NCBI RefSeq assembly: GCF_009914755.1
Contig: NC_060931.1
Length of the DNA: 64,000 nt
Strand: one strand, 5' to 3'
Origin: the human T2T-CHM13v2.0 reference genome, Homo sapiens
Part shown: positions 1-13,332 of the stretch, in pieces
Position numbering within the stretch: position 1 is the first letter of the stretch
Layout: every line of letters starts with the position of its first letter
The notes under the pieces: model-generated
The model's input: only the letters and a program-made list of their open reading frames with translations
What the model was told of the DNA's origin: nothing
Databases searched by the model: none
Translations under genes and position numbers: made by a program

Positions 1-3000
1 GAGGTCTCTAGACTTACAATGATTTCTATGTCCACTCTTAGGAACTTTTATTTGCTCATTTGGGCCAGGTGGCATAAAATCAAATGGTGCTTAGAAGTGA
101 CCACACTGGTATCAGGTCATGAAGTGTGCCCCATTTCTGTCAGGGAAGCATTCTCCTGAGAAGTCCTGGTTTGTGCCAAGCATTGTTATCTTGGATGACT
201 TGGGTCCTGGTCCTGAAATTGAGCATGTGCTTAAAATGACAAGAGGGAGTAAATAGGACAAGTAGATAGGTTAGCCTGGTCATTCCTAGGTCAGAGTGGC
301 TTCTGTTGAGAACTGAAAATTAGGCTGAAGCCTTTGCAGAGCAGCTGGACAGATAAGCATGGAGGAGAGTGTATGCACACTGGAGAGGTGGGAAGAGGGA
401 GGGGAGAGGACGAGGCTCAGATAGAACAAGAGAGTGCAGGAGAGGGGCAGAGATGCTGTGGTAGACTCTGGAACCACCAGTGATGCTGCTGTCATCCTGG
501 CAGCTTGGAAGCAGCTATCATCCTGGCTGCCGCATCTGGCCCCTGTGACAGCTGAAACCAAAGGTGGGACTGGCTGGAGCTAACTAGAACTGGTTTTCCG
601 CAGTGAGATTTCACCCCACACAGAAGAAGAGAGAAGAAGGCTCAGACTGGGAATGATTCAGTGACGTGTTCAGCTGCCTGGTGTGTTATAGTTTGAGCCA
701 TCCCAGGAGGTGCAAATCTTCAGCACTTTGGACTAAAAACAAACGCAGACTTATGCCCTGACCATTCCAGCGGGCAGCACTTGCTGTCTGATCGGACATG
801 TTTCATTTTAGGAAATTGCTCATTTCTGTTAGTCTCAGGGAGCTATCATGGACCAGGAACTGCAGTCTTTTCTGGTGTGGGAGTCTGGGATCCTAAACTG
901 TTGTGAGACCCCTGCTACATGCCCTTAAGTTTGAAGGGGCAGTTTCAGGAGGTAAAGATTAGGGGCTCTTCTTTAGAAGAGTCTAAGCCTTTACAAGAGT
1001 CTTTACGAGACTCTTTCCGCGTTGTCGAAACCCCATAGGTTAAAATGTCTCATCTGTGTGCTCTGCACAGGCACACAGAGGCCTGAGTCGAATTTAAAAG
1101 AAGGCACTGGGCACCCAAGCCCTTCACCCTTTTCTAAAAGAGGAGCACATGAGCTTTGCATTGCAGATGCAATTTTTATTTTTAAACACCGTAAGTGATG
1201 GCGTGTGAGCAGTGACGCATCCACAGCCAGCTAATCTGTATTGTGTAAAAACACACAAACCACAAATTATTTTTAAAAGGGAAGAAAGCAGAAGAACAGA
1301 TGCAGCAAACTCCTTGTATCACGTGAATTGAGGAGAAAAACTCCACCAGATGCGTTTCTGAGCAACAGCAGAGGGAACACTAGCATGCCCAGATGGGGCA
1401 GGGAGTTCTGTCTGCCTGCTTCTCTGGGGAAGACACCTTTCTTTGTGTCCAATTTCCAGGACAGTGACACTGTCTATTTTTGTGTGCATGTATTTCTTCT
1501 TTCTCTTTCTTTAAAAAAAAAAAAATTAACAATTACATACATATTGAAAAGTACAGCAGTCAGAGAAGTGTGCAGTATTGTTACAAAGTGAGCCAACCTG
1601 TAACTCAAGTCGCAGAAATTTACCCGGCGAAGGCCTGTGTCTTACTCAACACACCTGGGTTATGAAATAGCCTATTATATAACCCAGCTCCCCTTACATT
1701 TTTTTTAAAAATGAGATTAACATCTAAGAAGTAACAAAAATGGTACTCCTTGGACCATGACTAGAACTAAATGTTGTTTTCGTGAATGCGGTTAGAGACC
1801 TTCTGGATCAAGAAACACAGAGCATCCGAGTGGGAAGCATTCTGTCTTCTGTCCTTGGCTCCAGTAGCCTGGTTGGGCTGCATGTTCTCCATGAGGATGA
1901 GTGGTGGCCAGATCTCCGGACCAGGTGGAAGGCTGTGCAGGGCATCCCTTCTCTGTCGGTTTCCTGGGTGGGGCTTGGTCACTGGAGTGGGGATGCGCAG
2001 CGAGGGGCAGCTCAGGGCTGGACTCTTCACTGCTGTCTTCTGATGGTCTCAGCTGGAAGCTGCTGGGTGCTAGTCTGCACTGAAGAACCCCCAGCCCAGT
2101 GGGGGAGGCAAGCCGGGCACAGAGCAGTGCGTCATGATGGGGGCACAGGATTCCGTGGACATTGGCAGCAGGCATGCTCACCACATCTTGGGGTGAGTGG
2201 GATGGCAGGGAAGGGTCCCAGAAGAACTGATGAGGAATGCCAAGGTGGAAGTGCCAACCAGCAGAAGTTAGATGGAGAAGAGGCCCAGAGAGCAGAGTTC
2301 CCGAGAGGGAGAGTGTGCAGAAGCCTGGAGCCTGGAGAGGGGAGGAATGAAGGCGGGATGAGGTATGGCCAGAGAGCAGAGGGAATGCCACACAGGAGGA
2401 CAAAGGAGAGATGCAGCTAGATGAGGAGAGAACAGCCACTTCATGCCAGCCTTGGGAGGTCCCCCGGGGAGTGCGGTCCCCTGAAGGCAGAGGCAGAGGG
2501 AGGCCATGGGAAGCACCCAGGGCTGGGCTCTGGGTGTATCTTCTGTGTTTTGATGGAGTGCTGCCCAGAGGTGCTGGGTCCCCTGTCCTAGGAGAGTCCT
2601 GTGTCTAGAAAAGCTCCAGGGACCACGGCCTTCAGATGGCCCTGCCTGTGGACACTGCGAGTATTGTTTGGCCTTCAGTGAGGGGCAGTCTTGATCAAGA
2701 AAATGTTCCTAGGGCTATGTTTCCAAGAGGAATTCAGAAACCCAGGCCGTCAGGTCCCGTGGTCAGCAGGTGGCCAGCGGCAGAGCGGCCACACCCATCC
2801 TGGTGCCCTCTCTTTATGGCTGCCACCTCCCTCTGGGAGGGCCTGGGGGACCCTGACACCATTCTGTGGGAGAGATGACAGTAAAATTAGGCTGTGGACA
2901 TAATGTGAGCATCTTGAGAGTTCAGGAGCCTCTTATCCCCATTTGCATCCTCAGAGCCCTGCAGGTCCCCACCAGTCCCAGGACTTGCCGGTTCTGGGTT

Positions 3001-5371
3001 TATTTTGTGTGGTCTTTGAACTCCATATTTTGCGTTCTTTTCATCACAGAAGAACTATGGCTACTTCTATTGTGAGGCCAAAAGAAGACCTAGTCCATCT
3101 GAGAGGGACCTGCAGAATTCCAGTTCCATGTGGTGAAGAGGATGTGGGTGTCTGCAGTACTGAATTTGGTAGTATGCTGCTTGCAGTGAATGTCCTCTCA
3201 TTTGGCACATCCCCCAGGCCCTGAGGGCTTCCGTGGGAACAGCTTTAGCTTCAGATCCAGGTCCAGGCACCATAAGTACATGTTGGAGGAAGAAATCCTT
3301 GAATGAATGGATGAATGAGTGAATGATTGAATTCCAGTTTCAACCTGAGGCAGGATATTTGAGTTAGTGATTTTTACCCCAAAGTAATTCTGGCATCCTA
3401 CTCCATCTCTTCCTTGTGACCCTCTCCAAGATGAGTGTGTTTCCTTTTAAGGTGGGGGCAGCACAGAAGACTTCCCCATCCTGGTTCCTCCTCCTGCCCC
3501 CTTCCTTCCCAGGCTTGTTACCTCTGCATTTCCCTTGTATCAGAACCTAAGTCTTCTGAATCAAATCCCCCTAGAACTTGTGAACATTCATCTCAGATCT
3601 TACACTCATGGGAAAAAGCCCCCCATATGGCTTTCCATGGATGTGACTCTACAACCTAGGAGGAGTCCCAGGCCAGGCCTGGGCTGGACCCGGAAGAGCG
3701 AAGGAATTGATCATGGAGCTCTGCCATGGGAGGTGGTTGGAGAGGCAGCAGGTGGTTCTTCATTGGGCCTCCACATCTTCATTTGCCTAACCTTTAGTTT
3801 GGAGGGATCAGTTTCTTTATCAGAAATCCATATGTCCCTGAGTGTGCCAGGAATAATTAGTTGATTCCAATGGTGATTGAATGTGTCCTCGCCTAATCTA
3901 CCAACTACTAGACACAAATACTCACAAACCTGGAAGCTACCAAAATCTTTCTCTTTGCAACTGCGAAATCCTTCCTAATGCCCCAGACAGAGCTCCAATT
4001 TCCAGCCCATCCCTCTTGGATCCACATCCTCTTTTGTTCATTCATGTATTCTGGTAGTGATCAGGTGTCATGGGTGCTCACTCTGCAGGGACCTGGTAAG
4101 GTCCCAGACAACAGGAGAGGCAGGGCGCCCTTCTGAGTTCCCCAGCAGTTAACTCTTAGTAACGTGGGAGGGGAACAGGCTTCTTGGAGGGATGCTCATT
4201 GAGACCAGACACATGCTGAGACCTGAAGTGGGGAAGGGGGAGCATGCGGGATTTACTCATGGGAGACATGAGGCGACTCCTGCCTCCCTGACCCAGTGTG
4301 CTGGGGGCAGAGCAGCCCAGTGGATGGATGGCTGGCTCCCTGATGGAATGATGTGGTGGCAATGCCTCACTGCCTGCCTCTCTCCATGGTATAGAGGTGG
4401 GTTCCTCTATAAAAGTTTCCCTTCATAAAAGAAGTAGAGAAAGCCATCAGAGAAGGCCCGACACCTTTATAAACTGAGTTTCTAGCAACTTTGCAATTTT
4501 ATTTAAGAACTGATCTCGCTTATATGTGGAATCTAAAAAAATTAAACTTATAGAAGCAGAGAGTAGAATGGTGGTTAAAAGAGTTGGGGTGGGGGCTAGG
4601 GTGGAGTGGATTGGGGAGATGTCAGTCAAAGGATACAAAATTTCAGTTAGATAGGAGGGATAAGTTCAGGAGATCTCTTGTACTTCATGGTGGCTGTAGA
4701 GAATAACAATGTATTCTATAATTGAAAATTACTGAGAGTAGATTATAAGTGTTCTTATCACAAAAAAAATGGTAAGGATGTGAGATGTGCATATTAATTC
4801 ATTTGATTTCACCATAACACAATGTATAGATATTTCAAAACATTATGTTGTATACCATAAATATATGTAGTCATGCCTTAACAACTGGGATACGTCCTGA
4901 AAAATGTGTCCTTAGGCGATTTCTTCATTGTGCAAACATCCTAGAGTGTATTTACACAAACCCAGATTGTAGAGTCCACTACACACCTAGACTATATACG
5001 GTATGGCCTATTGCTCCTAAGCTGCAAACCTGCACAGCATGTTACTGTACTGAATATTATAACTGTAACACTATGGTAAGGATTTACCTATCTAGCTAAA
5101 CATAGAAAAGGTACAGTAAAAATATTGTATAAAAGATAAAAATGGTACACCTATATATAGCACCATGAATGGAGCTTGCAGGATTGGAGTTGCTCTGGGT
5201 GAGTCAGTGAGTGAGTGGCGAGTGAATGTGAAGGCCTAGAGCATTACTGTACACTCCTGTAGATTTTATAAACACTGTGCACATAGGCTACACTAAATTT
5301 TTTTTTTTAAAGTAACTGCTGTGATGTTAGGATGACGACAACATCACTAGGCAATAGAAATCTTTCAGCTC

Positions 5372-6918
5372 GTCTCCCGTCTCCCTCTCCCATCTCCCTC
5401 TCCCTCTCCCTCTCCCATCTCCCTCTCCCTCTCCTTTCCATGGTCTCCCTCTCATGCCGGGCCAAAGCTGGACTGTACTGCTGCCATCTTGGCTCGCTGC
5501 AGCCTCCCTGCCTGATTCTCCTGCGTCAGCCTGCCCAGTGCCTGCGATTGCAGGCGCGCGCCGCCACGCCTGACTGGTTTTCCTGTTTCTTTGGTGGGGA
5601 CGGGGTTTCACTGTGTTGGCCGGACTGGTCTCCAGCTCCTAGCCGCGAGTGATCCGCCAGCCTCGGCCTCCCGAGGTGCCGGGATTGCAGACAGAGTCTC
5701 GTTAACTCAGGGCTCAATGGTGCCCAGGCTGGAGTGCAGTGGCGTGATCTCGGCTCGCTACGGCCTCCACCTCCCAGCTGCCTGCCTTGGCCCCCCAAAG
5801 TGCGAAGATTGCAGCCTCTGCCAGGCCGCCACCCCGTCTGGGAAGTGAGGAGCGTCTCTGCCTGGCCGCCCATCGTCTGGGATGTGAGGAGCCCCTCTGC
5901 CTGGCTGCCCAGTCTGGAAAGTGAGGAGCGCCTCTTCCCGGCCGCCATCCCATCTAGGAAGTGAGGAGCGTCTCTGCCCGGCCCCCCATCGTCTAAGATG
6001 TGGGGAGCGCCTCTGCCCCGCCGCCCCGTCTGGGATGTGAGGAGCGCCTCGGCCCAGCCGCGACCCCGTCTGGGAGGTGAGGAGCGTCTCTGCCCGGCCG
6101 CCCCGTCTGAGAAGTGAGGAGACCCTCCGCCTGGCAACCGCCCCGTCTGAGAAGTGAGGAGCCCCTCCGCCCGGCTGCCACCCCGTCTGGGAAGTGAGGA
6201 GCGTCTCCGCCCGGCAGCCACCCCGTCCGGGAGGGAGGTGGGGGGGTCAGGCCCCCGCCCGGGCAGCCGCCCCGTCCGGGAGGGAGGTGGGGGGGTCAGC
6301 CCCCCGCCCGGCCAGCCGCCCAGTCCAGGAGGTGAGGGGCGCCTCTGCCCGGCCGCCCCTACTGGGAAGTGAGGAGCCCCTCTGCCCGGCCACCACCCCG
6401 TCTGGGAGGTGTACCCAACAGCTCATTGAGAACGGGCCATGATGACGATAGCAGTTTTGTGGAATAGAAAAGGGGGCAAGGTGGGGAAAAGATTGAGAAA
6501 TCGGATGGTTGCCGTGTCTGTGTAGAAAGAGGTAGACATGGGAGACTTTTCATTTTGTTCTGTACTAAGAAAAATTCTTCTGCCTTGGGATCCTATTGAT
6601 CTATGACTTTACCCCCAACCCTGTGCTCTCTGAAACATGTGCTGTGTCCACTCAGGGTTAAATGGATTAAGCGCGGTGCAAGATGTGCTTTGTTAAACAG
6701 ATGCTTGAAGGCAGCATGCTCGTTAAGAGTCATCACCACTCCCTAATCTCAAGTACCCAGGGACACAAACACTCTGCCTAGGAAAACCAGAGACCTTTGT
6801 TCACTTGTTTGTCTGCTGACCTTCCCTCCACTATTGTCTTATGACCCTGCCAAATCCCCCTCTGCGAGAAACACCCAAGAATGATCAATAAAAAAAAAAA
6901 TAAAAAAATAAAAAAAAA
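5372..6918 (+). mobile_element. Full-length SVA (SVA_D-like): CCCTCT hexamers, Alu-like domain, VNTR, SINE-R, poly(A)
   Basis: Hexamers ~5372-5413, Alu-like ~5420-5800, GC-rich VNTR ~5800-6410, SINE-R to AATAAA at 6887-6892, A tail to ~6918. TSD agaaatctttcagctc (5356-5371) and agaaatcttttagctc (7432-7447). Confidence 0.97.
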
Positions 6919-7431
6919 TATGGAAAATTCAACAATACTAGAATAGCATTCTTCCATGGAGCTGAGTAGTTGCTACACACTTTGAACAGGACAGGTAGTC
7001 ACCAGTTTGTTCCAATACTACCTTTTTCCATTTGTCCTTGATACTATAGGTCAAGTGAAAATGCAGAAATTATTTTTCTTGCATTATATCTTTCAGATGT
7101 AAGAGTAAAGTGAAAGAGAAAAGTGAAAAATTGATCAGATTTATGTCTTCATAAACATCTGATAATGAGAATTTTGAAGAAAAGTTTGTGTGTTTTGAGA
7201 AAAATGGGCAACAGTGTGGGAGATTGAAATAGTTAAAAATCTAGGACTTGACAAAGCCAGGACGTTTTACTAAGTTATGTGATCAGCCTATTGTATTTCC
7301 TGTAGGCCCAACCTGGTCTTAAGAAAAAAAAAAAAGAAAAGAAAAAAAAAAAAAAAAGAAAGATATTTTCCTGAAAAACTAAATCAAAACTGGTTAATAA
7401 AACTTTAATAAACCAAAAAAAAAAAAAAAAA
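6919..7431 (+). other. 3'-transduced unique sequence carried by the SVA
   Basis: Lies between the SVA poly(A) and the right TSD copy. Ends in AATAAA (7396-7401 and 7407-7412) and a poly(A) at 7415-7432. Internal A-rich tract at 7321-7361. Confidence 0.9.
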
Positions 7432-8969
7432 AGAAATCTTTTAGCTCCATTATAATCTCATAGGACCACCATTGTATATATGGCCCATTATTGACAGAGA
7501 TGTCATTATGTGGTACGTGACTGTAGAATTTTTATTTGTCAATTAATAAATAAATAAGCTCACAAGATGTGTTAGGTGAGCAGGGCGCTCTTTGGGGCAT
7601 CACGCATGACTCAAAGCACTTCAGTGCTGGAATGTCAAGTCCTTCTTCCCTGAAAATCGAAAGTTTTAAATGATTAGACATTCTATATTCCTTGGTATGT
7701 AGGGATGAAATGAACCCCATCTGTCAATACACAATTTCTGATTGATCACTGCTTTGGCCTTGTCTCCTTCCCAGGAGGCCTCAGCAAGAGCCATCTCTGT
7801 GGGTGTGCCAGCCACGGTCACTCTGGTGAAGCCCGCCTTCTCCTGCTACCACCTGTCTTGGGGGGCCCGATTGACTGCTGTGCTGTGGCCTGAGCAGTGC
7901 AGCTGGTGGGAGGAGGTGCTCTTCTAGATATGCAGACAGCCCTCTACAGGGAGGGGTGGACCACCGAGGAGAACCAGAAAGAGCCTCTTCTTCTCCTTCT
8001 CTAAGGCAGAGCACCCTAAACATTGCCCACAGGCCCTCAATTTCACACTTACCCAGCCAGTCCAAGCAGGAGGCACACATTTTGCATGCACACATTCTTC
8101 CACTGGAATCTGGGAGCTCTTTTGCTTTCCGGGAAATCCAAAGGAAGTTCTCAGAAATTGTGGTGTCTTGCCACCGCAGAATACCCAGCACAGAGTGACT
8201 CAGACCCATCTATTTATCAAGGTGGCCCTCACAAGCAGTTTCTCCTTTGGGTATCAGGAAACTGAGTTGACACAGTTTTCCAGGGTAGGGACTGTCTTGG
8301 TGATAAGAATTTTTTGGGAAGAGAGATTTTAAATTTTCATTATGGAAAGCTCATTACCTGCCCCCCCTTTAGAATTTTAACTTGCCTGATTATTGGCATG
8401 GCCTGAGAAGTGGGGAGGATGAGGACTTGCTGAGAGAGGGCAGGTGTGGGTGGCAGGAGCATGGCATTTTTTGGGAATGAGGCCTCATGTCCTGGGTTAG
8501 CAGTCATGACATCTGAAACTCCCAGGACTTTTTTCTTGGGCTCCCTGGGCAGCCTGGGCCAGCTCTGCAGAGCCTTGAGGTCAACAGTGGGTGGGGAGCA
8601 CAGACTGCCTGACTTCAGGAACCCTTTTCCCTCTTCTGACTGAGTGACAGCATCCTCTCTGAGTCTCAGCTGCTTCGACCCTAAAATGGGGGTAAGACCT
8701 CTTGCTTTACCCCTTGCTGAGACACTGGGCAGACTACCTTCAAAAGCTATGGTGGTTCCCAACAGTGAGGGAGGTGGGGAGTGCTTTCCTGGGGGTCGTG
8801 CACCGTGAGTACCAGAACAGAAGGCCTGTGGGTGCAGGTTGGGAAAAGCACCTATGGACTGTCGTGAGCTCCCCCTCCAACCTGTTGAATGGGATTGTCC
8901 TGAAGACCAACCCTAATGCACGCTCCGTGGGACACCTGGCCCTATGTAGGCATTTATAAAGAATAGCTA

Positions 8970-9405
8970 TTTTTTTAACTTTTATTTTAGGTTCAGGGGT
9001 ACATGTGCAGGTTTGTTATATAGGTAAACTCATGTCATGGGGGTTTGTTGTACAGATTATTTCGTCACCCAGGTACTAAGCCTGGTAGTACCCAATAGTT
9101 TTTTTTTTCTGATCTTCTCCCTCCTCCCACTCTCCATCCTCAAGTAAACCCCTAGTGTGTGTTGTTCCCCTCTTTGTGTCTGTGTTCTCATCATTTATCT
9201 TCCACTTATAAGTGAGAACATGTGGTATTTGGTTTTCTGTTCCTGTGTTAGTTTACTAAGGATGATGGCCGCCAGTTCCGTCTGTGTTTCTGCCAAGGAC
9301 ATGATCTTATTTTCTTATGGCTGCATAGTATTCCGTGGTGTATATGTACCACATTTTTCTTTATTCAATCTGCCATTGATGGACATTTAAGTTGATTACA
9401 TGACT
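8970..9405 (-). mobile_element. 5'-truncated L1PA13-16-type 3' end
   Basis: ttttattttaggttcaggggtacatgtgcaggtttgttatataggtaaact. Degenerate TSD taaagaatagctatt / taaggatagctgtt. Confidence 0.85.
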
Positions 9406-9829
9406 TTAAGGATAGCTGTTATTTATTACCCTATAAATCTTAAATTCTTCCTGTTCTTTTCTAAGATTTATGGGTATTTTCTCCTGCATCACATTGCTTT
9501 AAGCATGCATAATTTTGCTTAAGCTAAGAGGCCAATTCTAAAAAGAAGAACTTACTTTCAGGGAATCATTAGCCTCACATTCCAGTTTTCTCTCAAGGAC
9601 ATTGTGGGATGTTAGATTTGTCCTTCAGAACATTCCTTTTGGGAGGTTAACATGGAGGGTTTGTTTGGTTTCTGCTTTTTTATTCTGGTCATCACTGAGA
9701 TTACATTTCTCAGACTGGATTCTTGCTAGAGGTTGTGGTTGCCGGCTCCACGTTAAAAAACCCGTCACCAAGTATCTCATCTCCTGTCCCTGCTCATTGC
9801 TCCACGAGCCCAGCAGTAGCTCTCAAACA

Positions 9830-10390
9830 TGAGCATGCACCAGAACCACTTGCTTGGATAATCTCAAAGTTTCTTTCTGCAAGATGCTTATTCATCACAA
9901 AGGGGCAAACAGCAACTTTCCATTGGAGATATCTAATAGATACCACCTAAACCAGATGACCTGAGTTAACATCACCTGTAATGGGACATACCTGTCATCC
10001 TGTATCTCTTGATAGGATGCCCAAGAAGAGTAAAATCTTATGTCTGTGGTATTTTTGCCAAAAATGCATAATCAGAATTTAATCACAAAGAAACAACCAA
10101 CACGCCAAATCTGAGAGGCAGTCTACAAATAACTGACCAGTACTCTTAAAATATTCTGAAGTTATGGAAGACAGACTGAGAAACAGCCCCAGATTGGAGG
10201 AGACAAGGAGAGATGGCAACTAAATACGCTGTTGGGACCCTGGACCCAAAAAAGAACATTTGTGGACAAATGGCAAAATGTGAATATAAGTTATAGAGTA
10301 GTTCATAGTATTGCATCACCATTAGGTTCCTGATTTTGATAATGTACTATGTTTTGTAGGAGGTTAACTTTGGGAGAAGCTGGGTGAAGA
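9830..10390 (+). mobile_element. Ancient L1MC/ME 3' UTR fragment
   Basis: Diverged motifs such as ctacaaataactgaccagtactcttaaaa and ttcctgattttgataatgtactatg. Ends are approximate. Confidence 0.6.
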
Positions 10391-10429
10391 TTCCCAGCAA
10401 CTTCTCTGCACCAGGGCATGGAGAAAAGC

Positions 10430-10625
10430 ACTCAGGTGTGGGAGCAGGAAAGGTCTGGACTAGGTTCGAAACTTGTTTCTGATGACTATCAGCTGAGTGA
10501 CTCGGGGCAGGTCCCATTACCTGGCTGAGCTTCTGTTTCCTGATCTGCAACCGGGGATGAACTGCCCGCCTCCTGGTGTTACTGCAAGGATAAATGAGGT
10601 GCTGTGTTTGGTTCACAGTAGGTGA
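10430..10625 (+). mobile_element. MIR
   Basis: MIR core-like ctgagcttctgtttcctgatctgcaac...ggataaatgag. Confidence 0.55.
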
Positions 10626-10942
10626 TACTCCCTTCCTACTGCCTTGCCTCCCCAGCTGTAAACCATCAACTCCTCTTCTTTCCTTCTTTCCAGCCTTTCC
10701 CCTGACCTGTCCCTTATCTCTGCCAACCCTCACCATGCACCCTCTTGGATGGTGTTTTCAAACAAAGCCTGCAGGTGCATTTACTCCCAAGGTCTAGAAA
10801 TCTGAGATGAGAAACTTTCTCTGTTTCTTGCTGGATGGAGCCTGAGGTAAAATTGAGCCCTGCATCCTGCCTCAGCTGTCTTTTTGTGAGTTCTGGCTTC
10901 CCATAGAATTATCATTCAAAGGGTTCTACCTGACCTGCCTGC

Positions 10943-11085
10943 AGTTCGCAGTGTGGTCCCTGGACCAGCAGCATCAGCATCATCTGAGAGCTTGTTGGAA
11001 ATGCAGAATCTCGGGCCCCACCCACAGACTCAAGACTGCACGTGTGCAAGATTCCTGGGTGGTTCATGATTCAAGCTTGAGACTT
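10943..11085. mobile_element. MER5A (hAT-Charlie MITE)
   Basis: gtgtggtccctggaccagcagcatcagcatcatctgagagcttgttggaaatgcagaatctcgggcccc. Confidence 0.75.
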
Positions 11086-13012
11086 TCTCCACTCGAGGAC
11101 TTGTCATAGAGGTTGATTCCCAGGTGAAAGAACAGCTTGCCTTCTCATTGTGTGCCTCCACAGTGGAGGCTGAATAGGAGTCAGTGTGAGAACTGAGAAA
11201 TGTGAAGATGGGTTAGAAAAATCTGCAGGACATGCATCATTCCCTGTCAGGCCCTTGTGTGGAGTTCTCTCCCCAGACATTTCAGGGGCCTGAGATCCTG
11301 CTGACAGCCTAGAATTTCAGCCAGGACCTCTGTATGGGGTTTCCTGGCCAGGATCTTGCCTGGGGGTGCTGCTTATTTTCTGCAGGGACTTGGGTTTCTC
11401 ATCCTGTTCGCTAGCCGGGGTGAAGCATGCCTGGGGCCTCCACATGGTAAACTTTTGCTGCCAGAGCAACTCACAACCAGGACTGTAGCCTGGTTCTGAG
11501 GGTGTTGGAGCTGGCATCCAGGCTCTGCGAGGGTGTCCACAGGAAATGAACTGTACAGATTGCTTTTAAATGATAAGAGGCTTGTGGCAAGACTGAATAA
11601 TTCTCAGCTTGATTCAGGTACTGAATAGGCTGTATTTTAATCTAAGCTAACGTTTCTTGAATGACTCGGTGTCCGTGAGAACCAAGCCATGTGCTTTATG
11701 TTTCTCGTTGTTTAATCTTCACCATGACCCTGCAAGGTGAAACCGCCACTAGCCCCATTTTATGGCCCTGAACACTGGACCTTACAAAGGCTAATGTGGC
11801 CCAAGGTCATGTAGCTTATACGTGGAGCTGGGATTTGAACCCAGAATTCTCTTGAGTTTGGAGCCCAGCTTTTGAACCGTGTGCTGTACTGATCCCAGCT
11901 CCTGCCTGGCATCTGAAGCAGGACAGTCAAACCAACGGCTTCTTACAGGCAGGGCGGAGGTCATGGCCCTGCAGGCTCCTTCCAGCATCTGTGTCCTTGC
12001 CCTGGATTAATCAGGTGAGGCGGGATGTGCTGGTGGCCACTCTTGACATGTCAGGGATAAGTGTTGGGTTCTGGGTTTGGGTCTCTGGCTCCCAAAGAGG
12101 GAAGAATTTTGTGCCTGGAGATGCAGGGTCAGAATGCCCCCTTTTTGCATGGTAAGTGGTGCTCATGACAGTGCTGCTCCTCGTGGCAGGGCCATGCCAG
12201 TGTGCAGGAGGCACACAGTAACTTTGAAGTGTGGGATTTCGCCTGGGTTCAGGGCATTCTGGGAGTGGGCTGCACACAGAAGGGAAGTAGCTCAGAAAGG
12301 CACCGCAGGTCACACCCACACCATGCAGTCGCCATTCCTGTTTTGTGTTCATTTTCTTTCCTTTCCCCCTCCCTTTCTAACAGATAAGCAAGGGAAAGCG
12401 GAAAACCACCAGAAACTCTAAATTAACACCTGCCCGGTTTAGTTTATCCTTTCTTCCTCAGGATTCCAGTGCAGGAGAGGCTGGTGTTTTTAAAACCCAG
12501 TTCTCTCTTAGACTCAGCTGAAAGGCTCAAAGGTAATTAGCTGTTATGGAAAGACTGCATTGTCATTTTTAAAGGCTGCCTTGTGGGAGTGATCATTATC
12601 TGCAGCAGGATAGGAACACGGCAATAAAAATAGACCCCAGACCCTTGTCTGCAGGAGCTAAAAGAAACCAACCAATTGGTATAATGAAAATTAGGCAGTG
12701 GGCCAAAAGTTGCCATTCTCTCACTTTTTAGTTAGAAAAAGTGTCATAAAGAGAATACAGTTTATTTACTGTTAAAATTTAGTGGATTCAGAAAAGCAAA
12801 AATAATGACAAAGAATCACCCATAAATACTACCACTCAGAATAGCTGCTGTTAGTGCCTCAGCAAATGTACTTCCAGTCTCTAGCTCCGGTGCTCATGAA
12901 TAAATGTTTATTTGTACAGAATGGAGATCACGCTGATGTATAATTTTATAAACCACTTTTTTTTTTTTTTACCCAATAACATTTCAGTCTTTTCCTATGT
13001 CAAATGCCCTTT

Positions 13013-13332
<320 letters not shown>

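Larger units (their letters stand above)
4868..7523 (+). mobile_element. Tigger3/MER7 (Golem) DNA transposon relic, interrupted by the SVA
   Basis: Start tagtcatgcc (~CAGTCATG TIR) and end cgtgactg followed by TA at 7524. Internal ttcagctc|cattataatctcataggaccacc continues across the SVA insertion. Confidence 0.85.
4510..7557 (+). mobile_element. Old L1M (L1MA/MB-type) 3' end, split by Tigger3 (pieces ~4510-4867 and 7524-7557)
   Basis: L1M 3'UTR motifs (tatatgtggaatctaaaaaa, caaaggatacaaaatttcagttagataggagg). The sequence resumes as tagaatttttatttgtcaatt plus an A-rich tail after the Tigger3 end. Confidence 0.75.

Noticed and set aside
1782-2439. Overlapping 212-aa (+) and 215-aa (-) ORFs
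   Set aside because: No recognisable domain or exon structure; GC-rich, stop-poor intronic sequence is open on both strands.
5327-6553. ORFs up to 231 aa over the SVA
   Set aside because: They are by-products of the GC-rich VNTR and Alu-like domain; SVA is non-coding.
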